Source: Orbicella franksi | Lineage: Eukaryota | Direction of reading: 5' to 3' | Length of the DNA: 64,000 nucleotides | Assembly (NCBI GenBank): GCA_964199315.1 | Contig: OZ116701.1 | Span: 21,018,001 to 21,082,000 of the forward strand | Shown: piece by piece, positions 48,662 to 62,115 of the stretch | How positions within the stretch are numbered: the stretch's first letter is position 1 | Layout: every line of letters begins with the position of its first letter | Position numbers and translations under genes: made by a program | The notes under the pieces: model-generated | What the model saw: only the letters and a program-made list of their open reading frames with translations | Database searches by the model: none | What the model was told of the DNA's origin: nothing

Positions 48662-51365
48662 GTCAAGCGCTTGTTACTTGTATGTGCGCAGTCAGTGTCG
48701 ATTTTCTGTTAAATGGTATTTGACATGGAGTCACCAGCCTAGTCATAAAAGACTCATTCTTCTGTCTGTTGGGGTGTCGAGGTGGCTCCATCACTTGAAT
48801 CATGTACACACCCTGATTAAAACACCTCTTTGCCAATAATTATCGCATTTCTTTGGCGTCTGGTCTATGGATGTTTTAAATTAGATTTAGCAACCCGATA
48901 GTTAGGTCGGATAATTATTCTTTCCATACGATTAGTTCAATGAAGGAGCTTTATATTGAACCAAATGCGCATGGAAAGCTAATGGAAAATTAGAATGGTG
49001 TTCCCAAAGCATTTGGAAATATGAAAACCGGTAAAATCAAAAGGTTACACAGAATTTAAAGAATCGCAGAGGGGGCTCGGATTAAGTAAGTCTGGAGAAA
49101 TTTCAGTGTCATTTTGGCATTCTGTCACCCAATAGATGTAAATAACAAAGTTGAGCCAGAGTTGTGAAGCGAACAGTATTGAGAATTATTTGTAACACTC
49201 TTCAGGGAAAACCATCGAAATATGGAACAAATTACTGACTGATCACAATACCATACTCACGGTAAGGCTTAGTGGAGTTTGATGTGTCAGCTATTCAACC
49301 CAAGGCCAAAGCGACCGCAATGATCTACAAAGTCAAAGAGATATTACGTACAAACATACCTGAAATATTACTTGTTTGTAAATCAAGAATGGGGTGGAAG
49401 ACTATAGCTCCACAACACTTCAGGGTTTTCAGAATCCTGCCTGGACTCTTTTCAACAGGTTAGCTCGGTTGCCTCCAGTGCCACATGCATACAGAATTTT
49501 GAAGCAATGAGCGCATTAAATAAACATCTTGTTGCACTTATTAATGACGTTTCCTTGGCTAATTGCATGGCCGAGCCCGAGATGAAGGTTAGGTCAACAT
49601 ATTTTGTCTTGAGTTTGGTGACTTTCCGGCTGATATGACTGATATGTCGTTTCTTTTCACAACAATACGAGATACAACTGTGCAAAGGCTGTCGAACGTT
49701 TCGTATTTCAAGCTATTATTTATTTTTCATATTTATTAATTTTCTTAGGTGGTGTCAAACTTATTTCCTTTTGAAAATAAAGCTCAATAATTTATCCGAG
49801 TAATTAAAAAAACATTACTTGTCTTGTACGAAAAATTCATGGAAGTTTTGAGTAATTTTGTCTCAAATAGCACAGCCTTTCAAAGTCAAAGCGCTTGCTA
49901 AAACACCTGTAATGCCGAAAATTATTATAAACACGGTGGATAGTTTCAACATGTCTCTTTCGGTGGTTAAAAAATGTATAGTATCGATGGGTGAATGTCA
50001 TAATACATGTCAGTGTCGTATAAAAATAGAAATTTCCAAGTCAAAACTGTGTATCTATGAATTAATAATGTGAATAGAGCGCTTCCTGTCAAGAAACAGC
50101 TGTGATGGAGATGATTCATTTGTACGAGTGGAGCACTTAGTTTTAAGAAAAACGACACATTATCTGTATCGCTAACCGTTTTAGGATCACTTAAATATTA
50201 CGGTCGAGCTGAAGAGCATCGCAAAGCAATACCTTGAAAGTAGTGAGTCGGTAATTGTGAGCTTGACTGAAAATAAGAGCTTTTAAAGAAGACAAAAAAA
50301 GTGATACAAAGATAAGCATGAAGACTACTGAAACACGAGTCATTGTAGGCTTATTAATCTTACCTCCAGGGCATTAATAATAGGACATTAAATGTTGGCA
50401 AATGACACCGGATTGAGCAAGGTATACCTTCAGTTGTCGGAGGTCCCAGTTGAGTGGTCTAATTCTAGTTCTCTCAACGTTTTTCCCCGCTTAGTCTCTG
50501 TTTTGGTCTTTTATTAGCTTCTTCTGGTCTAACTTTATTTATCTTAAACAGTTTTTAAAAGTATCCTGAGGGAAAATTGTCGTTTTGTCTTTGTGTTTCT
50601 ATCATCACTTCGTTTCGTAACTTTACGGCAGCATTTCTAGCAAAAATTTAGCTTATGTCCTAAACAGTCTGCATGTCTAAGCAAGAATTATGGAGCGTTT
50701 GTTTTGAAATCGATCGTTTCTTGACAAGCTTTCCTTCAGAAAGTCTTTTCCATTGAAATAGACAAATCACTATCAGGGACGGCGGAGCCGGGGGGGCTTT
50801 CAAACAAAATATACATTAAAAAATAAATTTACAAATATCTCCAGACCCCCTACAAGTTAGCGCCTCTGGCACTCTTTTTCGTTATCTATTTACCATTTAA
50901 TTAGACACGGATCATCACACTGTGAGCATCCTTCTAGCTACAAGGGAAAGTCCTGCGGGACACAGACAAAACAGACCAAAGCTGGCTGTCTAGAAAAGTA
51001 TCCACTCACTTTCTAAGAAGAACGCATAATTAAAAAGACAAGACGGAGAAAAGGACGAAAGAGTCCGTGCCTTTTTCGTGTAGCTTAGAGTTAGTGTTAC
51101 GCGCAAAGATTAACTAAAGTAGTAAGAGCCATGAAGACCAACAGACGCTGCTGAAGCATTACAGGGAGGACGTGATACCATGGTAGATATGACGCATCGA
51201 TGTTGCTGGGAAGAATTCAACGCCTTGTCACCGCCAGCCCAGTGGCTACACACACAGAAACGTTAAATACAATAAATGAAAATAAGGAGATTGGCATTAA
51301 ATAAATAATACGACTGTCTTATCCTACGACTAACTGCACTAAAAGTACTGGTATTTGTTTGAAGT

Positions 51366-51690
51366 CATTGAAGTCAAAGGAAGGCGATCTCTCTCCTATG
51401 GCAAACTACAAGAGTGTGTGACTGATTTCTCATCCGGGCACAACAATAAGCAAGAAGGTCCTTCTGAACAGATTCGACCTATTTTTGATCCTTTACTGAG
51501 AATTAACTGAACAAGCTGGTTTTAGATCTGCCCACAGATCTGCTCAGCAAATACACGTCTGGAGGTGGACCCTAGAAGGCTTCCACAATTATCAACCCCT
51601 CACCCCCCCCCCTGACAGTTGCCCCTGTCGACAAGAAAGCTTTGGACTCCATCAATAGGTTGGTTATGTTTGCCGTGTCGCAAAATTAAT
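51366..51690 (+). mobile_element. Decayed non-LTR retrotransposon reverse-transcriptase fragment (RTE-like)
   Basis: With frameshifts: KEGDLSPMANYKSV*LIS...KVLLNR/IRPIFDPLLR/EQAGFRSAHRSAQQI...VD.KKALDSI, the KKGD..NYR, Q.GFR..RS and D..KAFDS motifs. Confidence 0.7.
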
Positions 51691-52890
51691 GATTACCAAA
51701 GGTTTTAGTCAGTGCTAAAAGTGAAAACTCTACAGTAACTCTAACAATGTTGTAATGGTAGATGAAATTATCTATGAACTTTTCAAACATACTAAAATCT
51801 GGAGTGCTGCAGGGCGATGAGGTGGCGCCATTTTTTCCAAGAAATCCTCTTTCGGGAATGATGCTGTGGTTGTGAGCCAGTTCCACGCCTGTCGGGGAGG
51901 TATCCTGCTAAGATGCTCAATGATTTGATTTCACATAGCATCGCTCTAGTAGACACTTCATCACTCCATTGATCTTAGTATGTATTTTCCCCTTAAGCAT
52001 CCCATAATAGCTATTTAAAACAATCAGTAGAATTTAAAATGGCCGTCGTATCAATAAACTGCTGATTGCCAAAGTGAGGAAATGCTGACTCATATTTGTG
52101 GGTCAAGTGTTTCGTCGGCTACAAGGCGAGCCTGGGAAAGAGTATTCACAATACGTTCGAACGCACGCAAACAAAAAGCCAGAACTACCACACAGCCTGT
52201 ATCGACGGTATGTACAGCACCTTCTGGAAGATAATCGAATATGTAACTTAAATGACCCTTCAGTACAGCAAAATTGTTATCAACGGGGTCCTGCTGACTA
52301 AAAAAAATGAAATAAATAAAATCTAAGGGATGCTGCGGCCAAGCCAAATTGTCGCGTGCCCAAGCGGATTGCTGCGGTTGGAGGAAGGTTATGGTCGCCT
52401 GCCTTCCGACGACGATGAATTTTCACGTTTGCTATTTTGGGCGGGTCCAAAATTGTATTTCAAGTCGCGGAAATGAAGCCCAGCAAAAGTTTTGAATAGT
52501 TAAGCTAGATTGAAGGTGTTCTGTTGTTGGATAATCTAAGTAGAAAACAACGGAGCAAAGAAATTTTCAGAAAAATCCTGAAGGGTCAAAAACTACACCA
52601 ATAACTTTTTAAAGAGAAACCGGTAGGCGTCTTAACATACGGGTCAAAAGGTAGCGTAACTACGGCAATGTGTGTTTTGGATGAGGTATTTAGTTTCTCC
52701 ATTGCGTTTGCAGTCTTTGTAGCTATTTCAGCTTGTTTGATGTGAATATTTTGAAAGCGTATGCTTTATTCCATTTGGCTAACAGTAGTGAGTCGTCTCT
52801 ACTTCGGCTTTCAAATAACAACGATGGAGTCACGTTCATCATTTTGTTATGTGTATTTAGTATTCAGTGATTCGACAAGGCTCTCACTGG

Positions 52891-53290
52891 CCCGGGGGGT
52901 ACTCTCCATAATGGCCTATATGGCTCTGGTCGAGAGGGGTAACTTTTTCAGGCTTCAAGTATATAAAACGGTAGGGATTGCACAAGTGAAATGAAATGAA
53001 AGGGTACGGAAATCTGTCATTTAGATATTTTTCTAAAAGGGACTTTTATTAAAACATTTCGAACAGACGCACCTGATGGCTGCATCATTTAATTTATTAA
53101 ACACTACATAAAAATGATGAGAAGATTTCCCTTTTTTGCGATTTATTGATGATACGGGTCGGCTATAAAAGTATGTGAAAGGGACACCTTTTTCAGCTAA
53201 AGATATTCAAAAGGGGTACCTTTTCTGTCAAAATGGTATACAAGCCGCTAAGGGGTTGGTTGAGTAGAACCCCCCCCCCCTTTCCCCAGG
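52891..53290. mobile_element. MITE related to the 48253 family (CCCGGGGGGTACTC terminus)
   Basis: cccggggggtactc ... gagtagaac(c)n-tttccccagg. Confidence 0.65.
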
Positions 53291-55659
53291 CTCATTTTCC
53301 ACTCAGCTTAGTTGATGGCCTTCTTGGCATATCTGTACGTTAATATAAGGAAAGTAACGAAGAGCAAATATAGTATACACTAAATCGTGAAAGAGTTATT
53401 TGATTTGCACCCATGAAACAGTGGTAGTATGTGTCATGGCCATCAATGGCCTGCTCTTAATTCTACTTCTTTTCATTTGTAGCTAAATTGCGTTTTAGAA
53501 GAAAGCTCGATCACATTGTATCTGAGTCCGCTATTGCAGTCTTTACTAGCAATATAGCGTTTGTTATTTATATGTGTACTGTATGTGGATAAATTTACGT
53601 TGAGATGAATTATTTTGAATTTTATCATTACACGCCTAATTATCATCATTTATTATTATTTTTTTCAGTTCCTTTGAAGCACACCGTTTCATTAAGTTTC
53701 AGCCAGGGAAAGTAATTTGCATTCAAGAAGATAATTAACGACTCTCATTTATGTACACAAATTTCCTTTTCTAACGAAAAACGTCTTTGCACATAACTAA
53801 AACAAGACAAGCCTTAGAAATACAACAACAATACGATAACTTTACAGAGCGCCGACTCATGCCATATAAAAGAATTCTCTAAAATGATGCTGTTCAACCC
53901 AAATCCAAATTGCAACTCAGTGCTGGCTTTTGAAATCAAATATCTTTTGCTCTCAAATTGATTTCGTCACCAGCCGTGTTGGCACCGGATTTCTATTGTG
54001 ATCATATGCAGTGGAAGGGAGATATGTTTACAATTGATAGCATTAAAACGTTTTGCAGCCTACCACGTTGTTTGTTACATAAAAGAAATCTCAATCTCAC
54101 AGAGCGACAGATGAAACAGAATTTCAATTCAATCTTCCTTTCCTTTGAAGAGTTTCGCCGCACACGGTCGGTGTTGAATTTCAGAACGAACCGCAGGACG
54201 CCGCGCGCATTCCCGCTCGTCTCGTCATTTCCAGAATCAGAAAGTTTCCAATCTTTGCGTCGATAAGGTATGTAATCCCAAGTAACAAAAAGTCGCAATG
54301 TTATAAGGATAAATAGAATTAGCCACACTAGCCAAATCTGTTGATTGCTTTGTTGTTAGTCTGAAAATATCACCGAACCGTTTGATTTGGGAGTATTCCC
54401 GCGCTCTTATCAGGCGCTAATTATAAAACGTAGTTGAACTGAATATTGGAGGTTAGGGTAAAGAGTTCATTCGTGAATTCGGTGGGATTGACGTTAATCC
54501 TTTTCTCGGTAAATCAAGTTTTGTGCTGCGCTTATTGTTTAATTTCATGCCAGAGCAATGATCCAGCCCAGATAAATTTTAGGTTACTAAGTCAGAATTA
54601 GTTTTGTTTTCCGTCCATCAGTTGGCCAAAATTTCCATGTAAACGCCTCGCTATAGTAGAGCGTAATTAAAGTCGTAAGTAAGTCCAGATAGTTTTGGGG
54701 AAAAAAAAGAAACAATTAATAAGACAACTGTTTGGCCACTAAAGTCAACTTTGCGGCGCAGTTACAAATTTGTTGATCAATAACTCTTTCAACTCCAATC
54801 GTTTGTTCCTTCCTCATCCTTTTAAAGTTCTGTTGCACGCGACCATTTTCTGAATTTTAAAGCATGATTTAAGACAAGACAAGAGTGTTCCTGCTACACA
54901 AAATAAATTCAAAAGCTCCGAGGACAATAGGAATCCAAAACCGAGACCGGCGCTCTGTGTTATTCGAAGTGATGGCAGTTCACTGTCCCTTGTCCAGTTA
55001 TTTTTTGAGCCCACCACCAACACCACCCCAGTAGGCATTCTCTTGGGTATTAACCCAAATCACCAGGCAGTTTTACCCTTCAAGCAAATCGTAAGAGTCA
55101 CGTTAAGTAAGCAAACTGGGTTGACCTGGGCTGTGCCATCAATATCATAATGCATCCAGAAATTGCATCTCGATCTCACTATTGCATTTAATTAACACTT
55201 TTATTCAGTGTACACTTTTCGAGGAAATCTCACTTTCAACATTCTGATGAAAGTGATTTTGCGTTAATGTTTAAGCTTGTTTACTGATGTTGAACTAAAG
55301 TTGCTTAATGAAAGACCATCCACGGAAAGTTCATTTGCAGGAGCCGGCGATCACAAGAGACTGCAGCTAAACTTTGAGTTTAAGATTTTGTCTGTCGAAT
55401 TTGAATCGATTATTAAATTTGACGTTCGTTCCGTTGGACTAAATTCAGAATTTACATCTAACTTTAAATCTAAACTGTGAAATTGTCCCAGTTTATTAAA
55501 AAAAAAGACGCCTTTACACGTACTTCAATAAGGCTTCAACAATTCTAGAAAAGCTGTGAATAGGCAGCCGCTCGGCTCGCGAGCTAAAGTTAAAAACAAA
55601 TTCTTACGCGTATTACCTGTCAGCTAGGGCAATGTTTTTATAGAACATGCGAGGCAGCA

Positions 55660-56185
55660 GTTCCTAAGTTTGAGTGTTTTCTTAGTTTCCAGTTGCAGTA
55701 ACGGCCAAGTTCATCCCCGTTTTTTCAAATGAATAGTCAAGTGAAAATGTAGTTGTTGTGCAGCTGGAGTTTAAGAGCCTTCAAGTTTTTTTCAGAATTG
55801 ACGTCGTGACTTCCATAATTGGAGTGTCCTCTTCGTTTCCATTTGCACTAGCGGAAAAATTCGCTCTCACTTTTGCAATTTAATACGAAACTATCAATAG
55901 TGAAAATGTCGTTTTTATGCAGCTGGTGTTTAAGAGCCTTCAAGTTCTTTCAGAACTGACGTCGCGACTTCCATAATTCGAGTGTTTTCTTAGTTTCCAT
56001 TTACACTAGAGGAAAAATTCGATCTCGGTTTTGCAACTTAATGATCCATTAAAATGCATAATATGAAACGTGGAACGTGGGTGTTTAGCAGCTAGATGAT
56101 AAAACCTATCAAATTCTTTTAAAATAGGTGCTACGTCTTCCCAAATTCGAGTATTTTCTTCGTTTCCATTTGCAGTAGCGGCTAA
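55660..56185. repeat. Degenerate tandem array, ~150-170-bp period, four partial units
   Basis: Block gagt.tt.tctt.gtttcca.tt.ca.ta at 55672, 55822, 55980, 56149; units starting 55741 and 55900 align over ~140 bp (period 159). Confidence 0.8.
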
Positions 56186-59100
56186 TTGATGGTCCAGTAA
56201 AATGCATTATTAAATTCATAAGTTAAAAGGTGGTTGTTCGACAGCTCGATTTTAAGACCTTTCAATTTGTTTCCAGACAGTTTCAAGGTTGCTGAGCAGC
56301 AGAGTCGAACATTACGAATAACAGGGGTCTTCAGGAAGGAAATAATCCAGCTGGAATTGAAGGTATATTTCATTTCGAGCTTCGTCTTTGTGGGTGGAAA
56401 TCTTAAAGCAAATGTCTTAAGCTTTCCTTATAAGCTTTGTACTTCACGGTAAACAAGCATGAGTCCGGTGAAAACATCGAATGTTTTGGGTAATGGAATA
56501 CCGCTGCAAAATAGATGCACATCTAAAATTTGCAAGTAACTTCACTCGTTACAACACTGTTCACGGATAGCCAATGCTACTTTTGTATCACATGTAAAGT
56601 ACATTGGAGACTTACGAAAAATATTTTCGGTTCGACGTTCACTGTTTCCATTAGCAAACACAGCCCTGGGAACTTAAATAAAAGGATTCGAAGCTATGAA
56701 GGTATGGCACTTTTTGTCTGTTCTCTAAATTTTCACAGCAAGCAATTAAACGACATGAGTGATTTACTGCTTAAACCGTTATAAAAATTTTCTAGGAAAA
56801 TCAAGAGTATTTTTTTTTGCTTTGTGACCAAAATAAGAATTACGGAAATGAAAAGTGTCGCCGTGCAAGAAAGAGACGAGACGGCGAGAAGGCGGTTTTC
56901 TTTGTTGCAAATTTTTTGTACCTTAATCAGAATTATTTATCTTCTTATAGTGAAAATAACCGCCGGCAAGACTTAGAGTACTTTATTTTGATAGCAAACC
57001 TGTTTTTTTATTCTTAAGCTTTGCTCACTTTTACGTTCCATTAAAATCATTCACTAAGAGTAATCATTTTGTTCCACTGCGTCGGCCAAGGGTTGAGTTC
57101 TTGACAAAAATATATTGCTTTGAATTCATATTTAACACCCACTAAATGGCAGTATAGACTATATCCACCTATAACGAAGAAGTTTTGAAAAAGATATTAG
57201 CGGGGGGCTTATTATCTGGCGGTTATCTTTTCCTCTCCGAAGGAAATTTGTGTAAATAGAACTGATATGAAACACAAGTTAAGCTCCGCTGTCGTAGCTT
57301 CAACAAACGAATTCTGCTAATATACGGTCTTATTCAGTTTGAGGCAAGCTCCATGCCTAGCGTGAGTGTCGTAATCTCAAAAAACTTATATCGTTTTGAA
57401 AAAATAAAGTCTTAATTTAGTAGCCTTGGAGGGGGAGGAGTGGATGGGGCGCGAAAAATGATTACGTTTTTTGAATAAGACTCGGTCATTGGTTATGAAG
57501 CTTCATCTCAACAGTTATATATCCATGCGGGAACATTTCAGCGAAAATGAGTTTCTTGGGATGTAAGTTTAGGGAATTGCTTTATATAAGTTACAGGGAA
57601 TTCAGAAAAGGCAACAGCAGAGATAAATACTTAACAACTGATAACATCGAAAAATGCATATATCAAAGGCTATGTAACCACCTGGGAGAAAGGAGTGTCT
57701 CGTCTAAAGAAATAACACACTTCGTCTGATAAGACCATCACTACTAATGGCTAAGTAATCGAACCATTTCAAGCTCCTTAATGGCTTTGCTTATCGTTGA
57801 ATAATGTACAATAATTAATGGCGTCATCTTTTCATGGGATGTAATATCAAGCGCTTCCTCTGCACACTCTCCCGCTGTCAGGTGTTGGTATGACTACCGG
57901 ATGACTGACTAGGAAATATTTCAATGTAAGTTTTCTTTAACAGTTCCGAGTAGTTGTATCTTATCTGACATTTTAGTGTGTATAGTATCACAGAATCTTT
58001 TTTTTAACAGTCTCGCAATCTTTAGCTGGGTTTTGCATTCTGCGAGCTAAGAACGATTAAGGACAGCAGAAAATTACAACTAAGCTGTTATTCTGGTGTC
58101 CTATAACATATATACCCTGCTCAAGAACACGTAAATCATTGGCTCATTTTAGTATATACTGAGGGCAACATTTGACTACTAGAAAATATTTACGTTGAAA
58201 TACTTACAGTTCGTCAACAACAGAAACAATTGACCATCAGGTCGTTCGTCTTTAGCACGGACGTGGCGGGTTTGGGTTGCCAAAACGCGCAATGGTAGCC
58301 ATTTTTGAAATTTTAATTCCGTTAGCTTTCATTCTGCTCGCGTCGTTGGACCTTAAAGCTCTTAAAGCTGCATGTAAGTAGCGGTGTTTTTATTATTACT
58401 GATCCAGCTCTACGAAGAAGAGTGCAAATCACGCACGAAAAAATACCACATACGGACTTGCATATTATGCAAGACTTATAAAAAGATAACGTGATACAAT
58501 ACACTACAGTATGCGATAAGATGGCCTGTGTTTCCTCGAGCAATAACAATATAGCCCTAACTCGATTGATCAGTCTCCCCTCGAGTATCCGCCCCCATGT
58601 GGTGGAAACATTTAAAATAATGGTCTCCAAGTTGGAATAATCACCCTCCCTCACCCCTCCAAAGTGCTGGGGCCAAAAACACTTTCAAAAACCCTTTCTA
58701 GGGTCGGATAATCTCAGTATCATTTTCACTGCTATCTGCATTCAGAAATGGGCATACGAGATAAAATGTTCAATAAATACATGCTGAATGAGAACATCAG
58801 AGCCACCAATGCTGTCTTAACTGTTTTCAATAAACCAACCGCATACTTATCATCTAATTTTGCTCTTTATCTTTTGCCCTTCTTACACAAGTTGTACCTA
58901 ATTAAAGGAGTACATCGTACCTTATACGCGCAGTATTTGAGAAGAAATCACCCCCATTCCAATCACGCAATAGCCCTCACTCTCGAATAGTCGTCCCCTT
59001 CTGGGGCGAACAAAATCGTTCCCAGCTATGAGAAGCTATGTGCATTGAAGTAAATGCGATAACTTTTAGTGCTCGTTTTGCCTGTGTGAAGCTGGCTAAC

Positions 59101-59422
59101 AAAGATCGCCACCTAGTATTGCTCGTAATAAAACCTCGTCTTATGTCTTATATATGGTTAAATCTGTAATGAATTAGGGGCCTAGCATGGCCTTGAAAGA
59201 AGCTTAATACAAATGGCAAGAAACTATTAACCGAATACAAAACACTGACAAAGAAATTAAGCAAAACACTATTCGTTCACTTTTAAACAAAGTGTGAAAA
59301 TTTTCCGCCGACGGTGTTTCGACTATTTCGTTATTTTGGTGGAATTTCCTTTCTGATAATGCAACAACTTAGGTTCTCTATCTGCATACAGTCCGACTCT
59401 CTTCGTGCTAAAGTATTCATGT

Positions 59423-59581
59423 AACAGACCAATTTCGATATATTAAAATTCAGCCTTAAACAATAGACCCCAGTGCGAGGCTCTGGGGAATAACTACAAA
59501 GTTTTTGGGGTTATTCCCCAGAACCTCGTGCTGAGGTCTATTTTGTTAGGGTGAATTTTAACACAGCGAAATTGGTCTATT
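59423..59581. mobile_element. Fold-back MITE (~160 bp palindrome)
   Basis: agaccaatttcg..taaaattca..aatagacc..gaggctctggggaataac / gttattccccagaacctc..ggtctatt..tgaattttaa..cgaaattggtct. Confidence 0.8.
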
Positions 59582-59654
59582 AGCTTCGCAGTCTTTTATG
59601 CAAATTCGCTTCAACTTAGCCTCTTCACAAACCGCTTGTTATCTTTAATTATGT

Positions 59655-59693
59655 AACCTTGATAATGGCGCAAGATGCACCGAAACGTCGGTT
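59655..59693 (+). ncRNA. Solo minimal type I hammerhead-like motif (U3-A8 variant)
   Basis: aacc-ttgataa-t-ggcgc-aagat-gcacc-gaa-ac-gtc-ggtt: helix I AACC/GGUU, core UUGAUAA, stem II 4 of 5 pairs, GUC triplet. Confidence 0.6.
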
Positions 59694-60803
59694 TCTATCA
59701 CTTATATTTCTTGTCTCATGTATTTCCAAATCGTTTCTTATAACATTTCTATATAATTTGTTTTTAAAGTGTGTTGGACACATCACCTGCTTAAAAGCAT
59801 TAACAGCTAAACATTATCAAACAACTAAAGTTTTAGAATCTTACCTGAAGAACAATAGGTCCTGTCTATCAGGGAAGACAGCAAGAGGAAAACACAAAAA
59901 TAGGTAGATATGATCGTTTCCTGAGGAAACACGAGGAAAGTCAGCAAATTGCTACGTTGGACGGAACTGTGATAAGTTTGTGTTTTCCAATTTCAAACAG
60001 ATCAGTGTCAATTTTAACGTGTTTGTGAATAAGCTCTCGCTTACGTAGGTTTTACTGAGCCAATAATTATCATTTAACTGACAATGTTTCGATTATCATT
60101 GGTAATTTATATCTGTCTGTAGTGTTGTGGCTGGTTAGTTAAATAAGGCAACATATGTCTTTATAAACAGGTGAAAACTCACTAATTAGGTATCATGGGC
60201 TGTATCGTTATATGACCAAATTTGGTAAAATGTGTTATTTCTCAAGTATGAATTTTCTGAGATGATGTTCATCAATTTCTGTTCTTCAGTTAATCTTATC
60301 GACCGTGAAGACAAATGTACCGTCACAGGGTATTCATAGCGTTATTTTAAGACTGAGAGAAGTACTTCAATTAAGTGGTTGCGAGCAGGCCTATTAATCA
60401 TTAATGTTTAATCTGCCCTGCAGTTGAAATTGACGCGCGCGCATTCGTAATTTTCTTTATTCAACATACAAGCCCTTGTTATCACGAGAGATGTTTACCT
60501 TGGTTTTCTTTTAACTTAAGTGAGGTGAAATTTTTAATCGTGAAATCACAGTAGGAAACCTCGGTAAATGGCGGCAAAACCAAAAGTAAGCCAACCTAGG
60601 TTTGTCGACAGTTGAACGCCTCATCAGGCATGGTTTAGCTCAGTAACCGACGGTAACCGAGTAAAAGCAGACGTTGTCGCGAGATCTTGGCAGCAAGTGT
60701 CCACGCGTGCAGCGCGTAAAGAAGAGAAAAATAGACAAAGATTCCTCCTAATGTAAGTAGGTTTCAAGTCAGCGGCCAAAAAAGCTGAATAAACTCATGT
60801 TTA

Positions 60804-60952
60804 GGGGGTGTGCGGCCCGCTTCCCAAAACCTTTACCCTATATTTGACCAAAATAGCCAAAATCAGCTAAAATGGACCAAAACGGCTGAAAACCATACCC
60901 TTTGGGGCCGCACGTACCTATATAACTCATATAAGCGAGTACCCCCCCCGGG
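60804..60952 (-). mobile_element. Internally deleted copy of the 48253 MITE family
   Basis: Reverse complement cccggggggggtactcgcttatatgag..ataggtacgtgcggccccaaagggtatggttttcagccgttttggtc matches the left end of the 48253 element, joined to its right subterminal part. Confidence 0.8.
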
Positions 60953-62115
60953 CCGTTTCCTTTCTGTTAGAAGCTCAGTAGCTTAGTAGCAGTGTACAGG
61001 CAGGCGCAACTAGAAGAAGACCTACCACAAATAGAGAGAAAAAAATCATAATTGAGGTCTATGGAGAAGAAAAGCAAATGTTAGAATTTAAAGCGGCCCC
61101 GAATAAGAAGAAGTACCGGTAGACATTTACGTAGCCCGGGCTCCGTGGCAGATGCCGTCTCAGGTTTTTTTGCGGGAAGGGGCTCAGCGAGATATAAACA
61201 TTTTCTTTCCACTATTCATCCACAAAGCTTTACATTTAAGGAGAGTGTATCTCGCCATTTCAAGCCATTTCGACGGGACAAAAATACAGAAATGTAACTC
61301 GTCATTCAGCAAAGGAATTAAAAAGAAACTTTTTGCCTCCTGTTTAACAAAGAAAAAAATTGGGGTTAATGGAAGGACTTCACATGCTTCATCGTTGATG
61401 TACAGCTGGTTTTACTCCTCTGGTGAATTCTCCAGTGCCGACCTTAAAACTGTGCGAATCGGTAGCAACCTTTAAGAAGACCTTGCTACATCAGCTATTA
61501 AAAAAAATTTTAGCTTCTAAGCATCTCGATAAATTATTTTAATGTTTAAATGGCTTAGTATTTTATACATATTTACGATGCTATCTTAGTTTCTATTTAA
61601 TTGAACATATTTTTAACATTTTAACGTGACGTGCATTTAAAACAGTTTAATTATTGTAAATTTTAAATTGATTGTTCCTGAAATGCCCCAATGGGGAGGC
61701 TCAATAAAACGTATATGTATGTATGTAGTTATCGGTGAACGCGCAAGACAGCTCTGTGTTGACATGAAGAATATAAAAACAAATACAGTCCAATAAATTA
61801 CATCTGAGCACTGGTAGCGGGTGACTACAGCACATCCCGTATTTTTTAAATATCCTTATTAGTCAGATTTACTTGCCAGTCATGTTAGTAGTGTCTATGT
61901 GATCGCAACGATCGATACTATCGGCGAGATGGAAGTAATGTCGCCAAACAATGTCGCCGAGAAAGACTTTAATGTACTTTAATGAACAGTAAATTTGCGT
62001 CTGTTTGCATATTGGCACTGTTCTGAAGCCTACTGAGCAAAATATTAACGTAAAATGACCACAGTTACTGCAGAGAGTAAACTCTGATCCACCAGATATG
62101 CATCTATGTGTTTAA

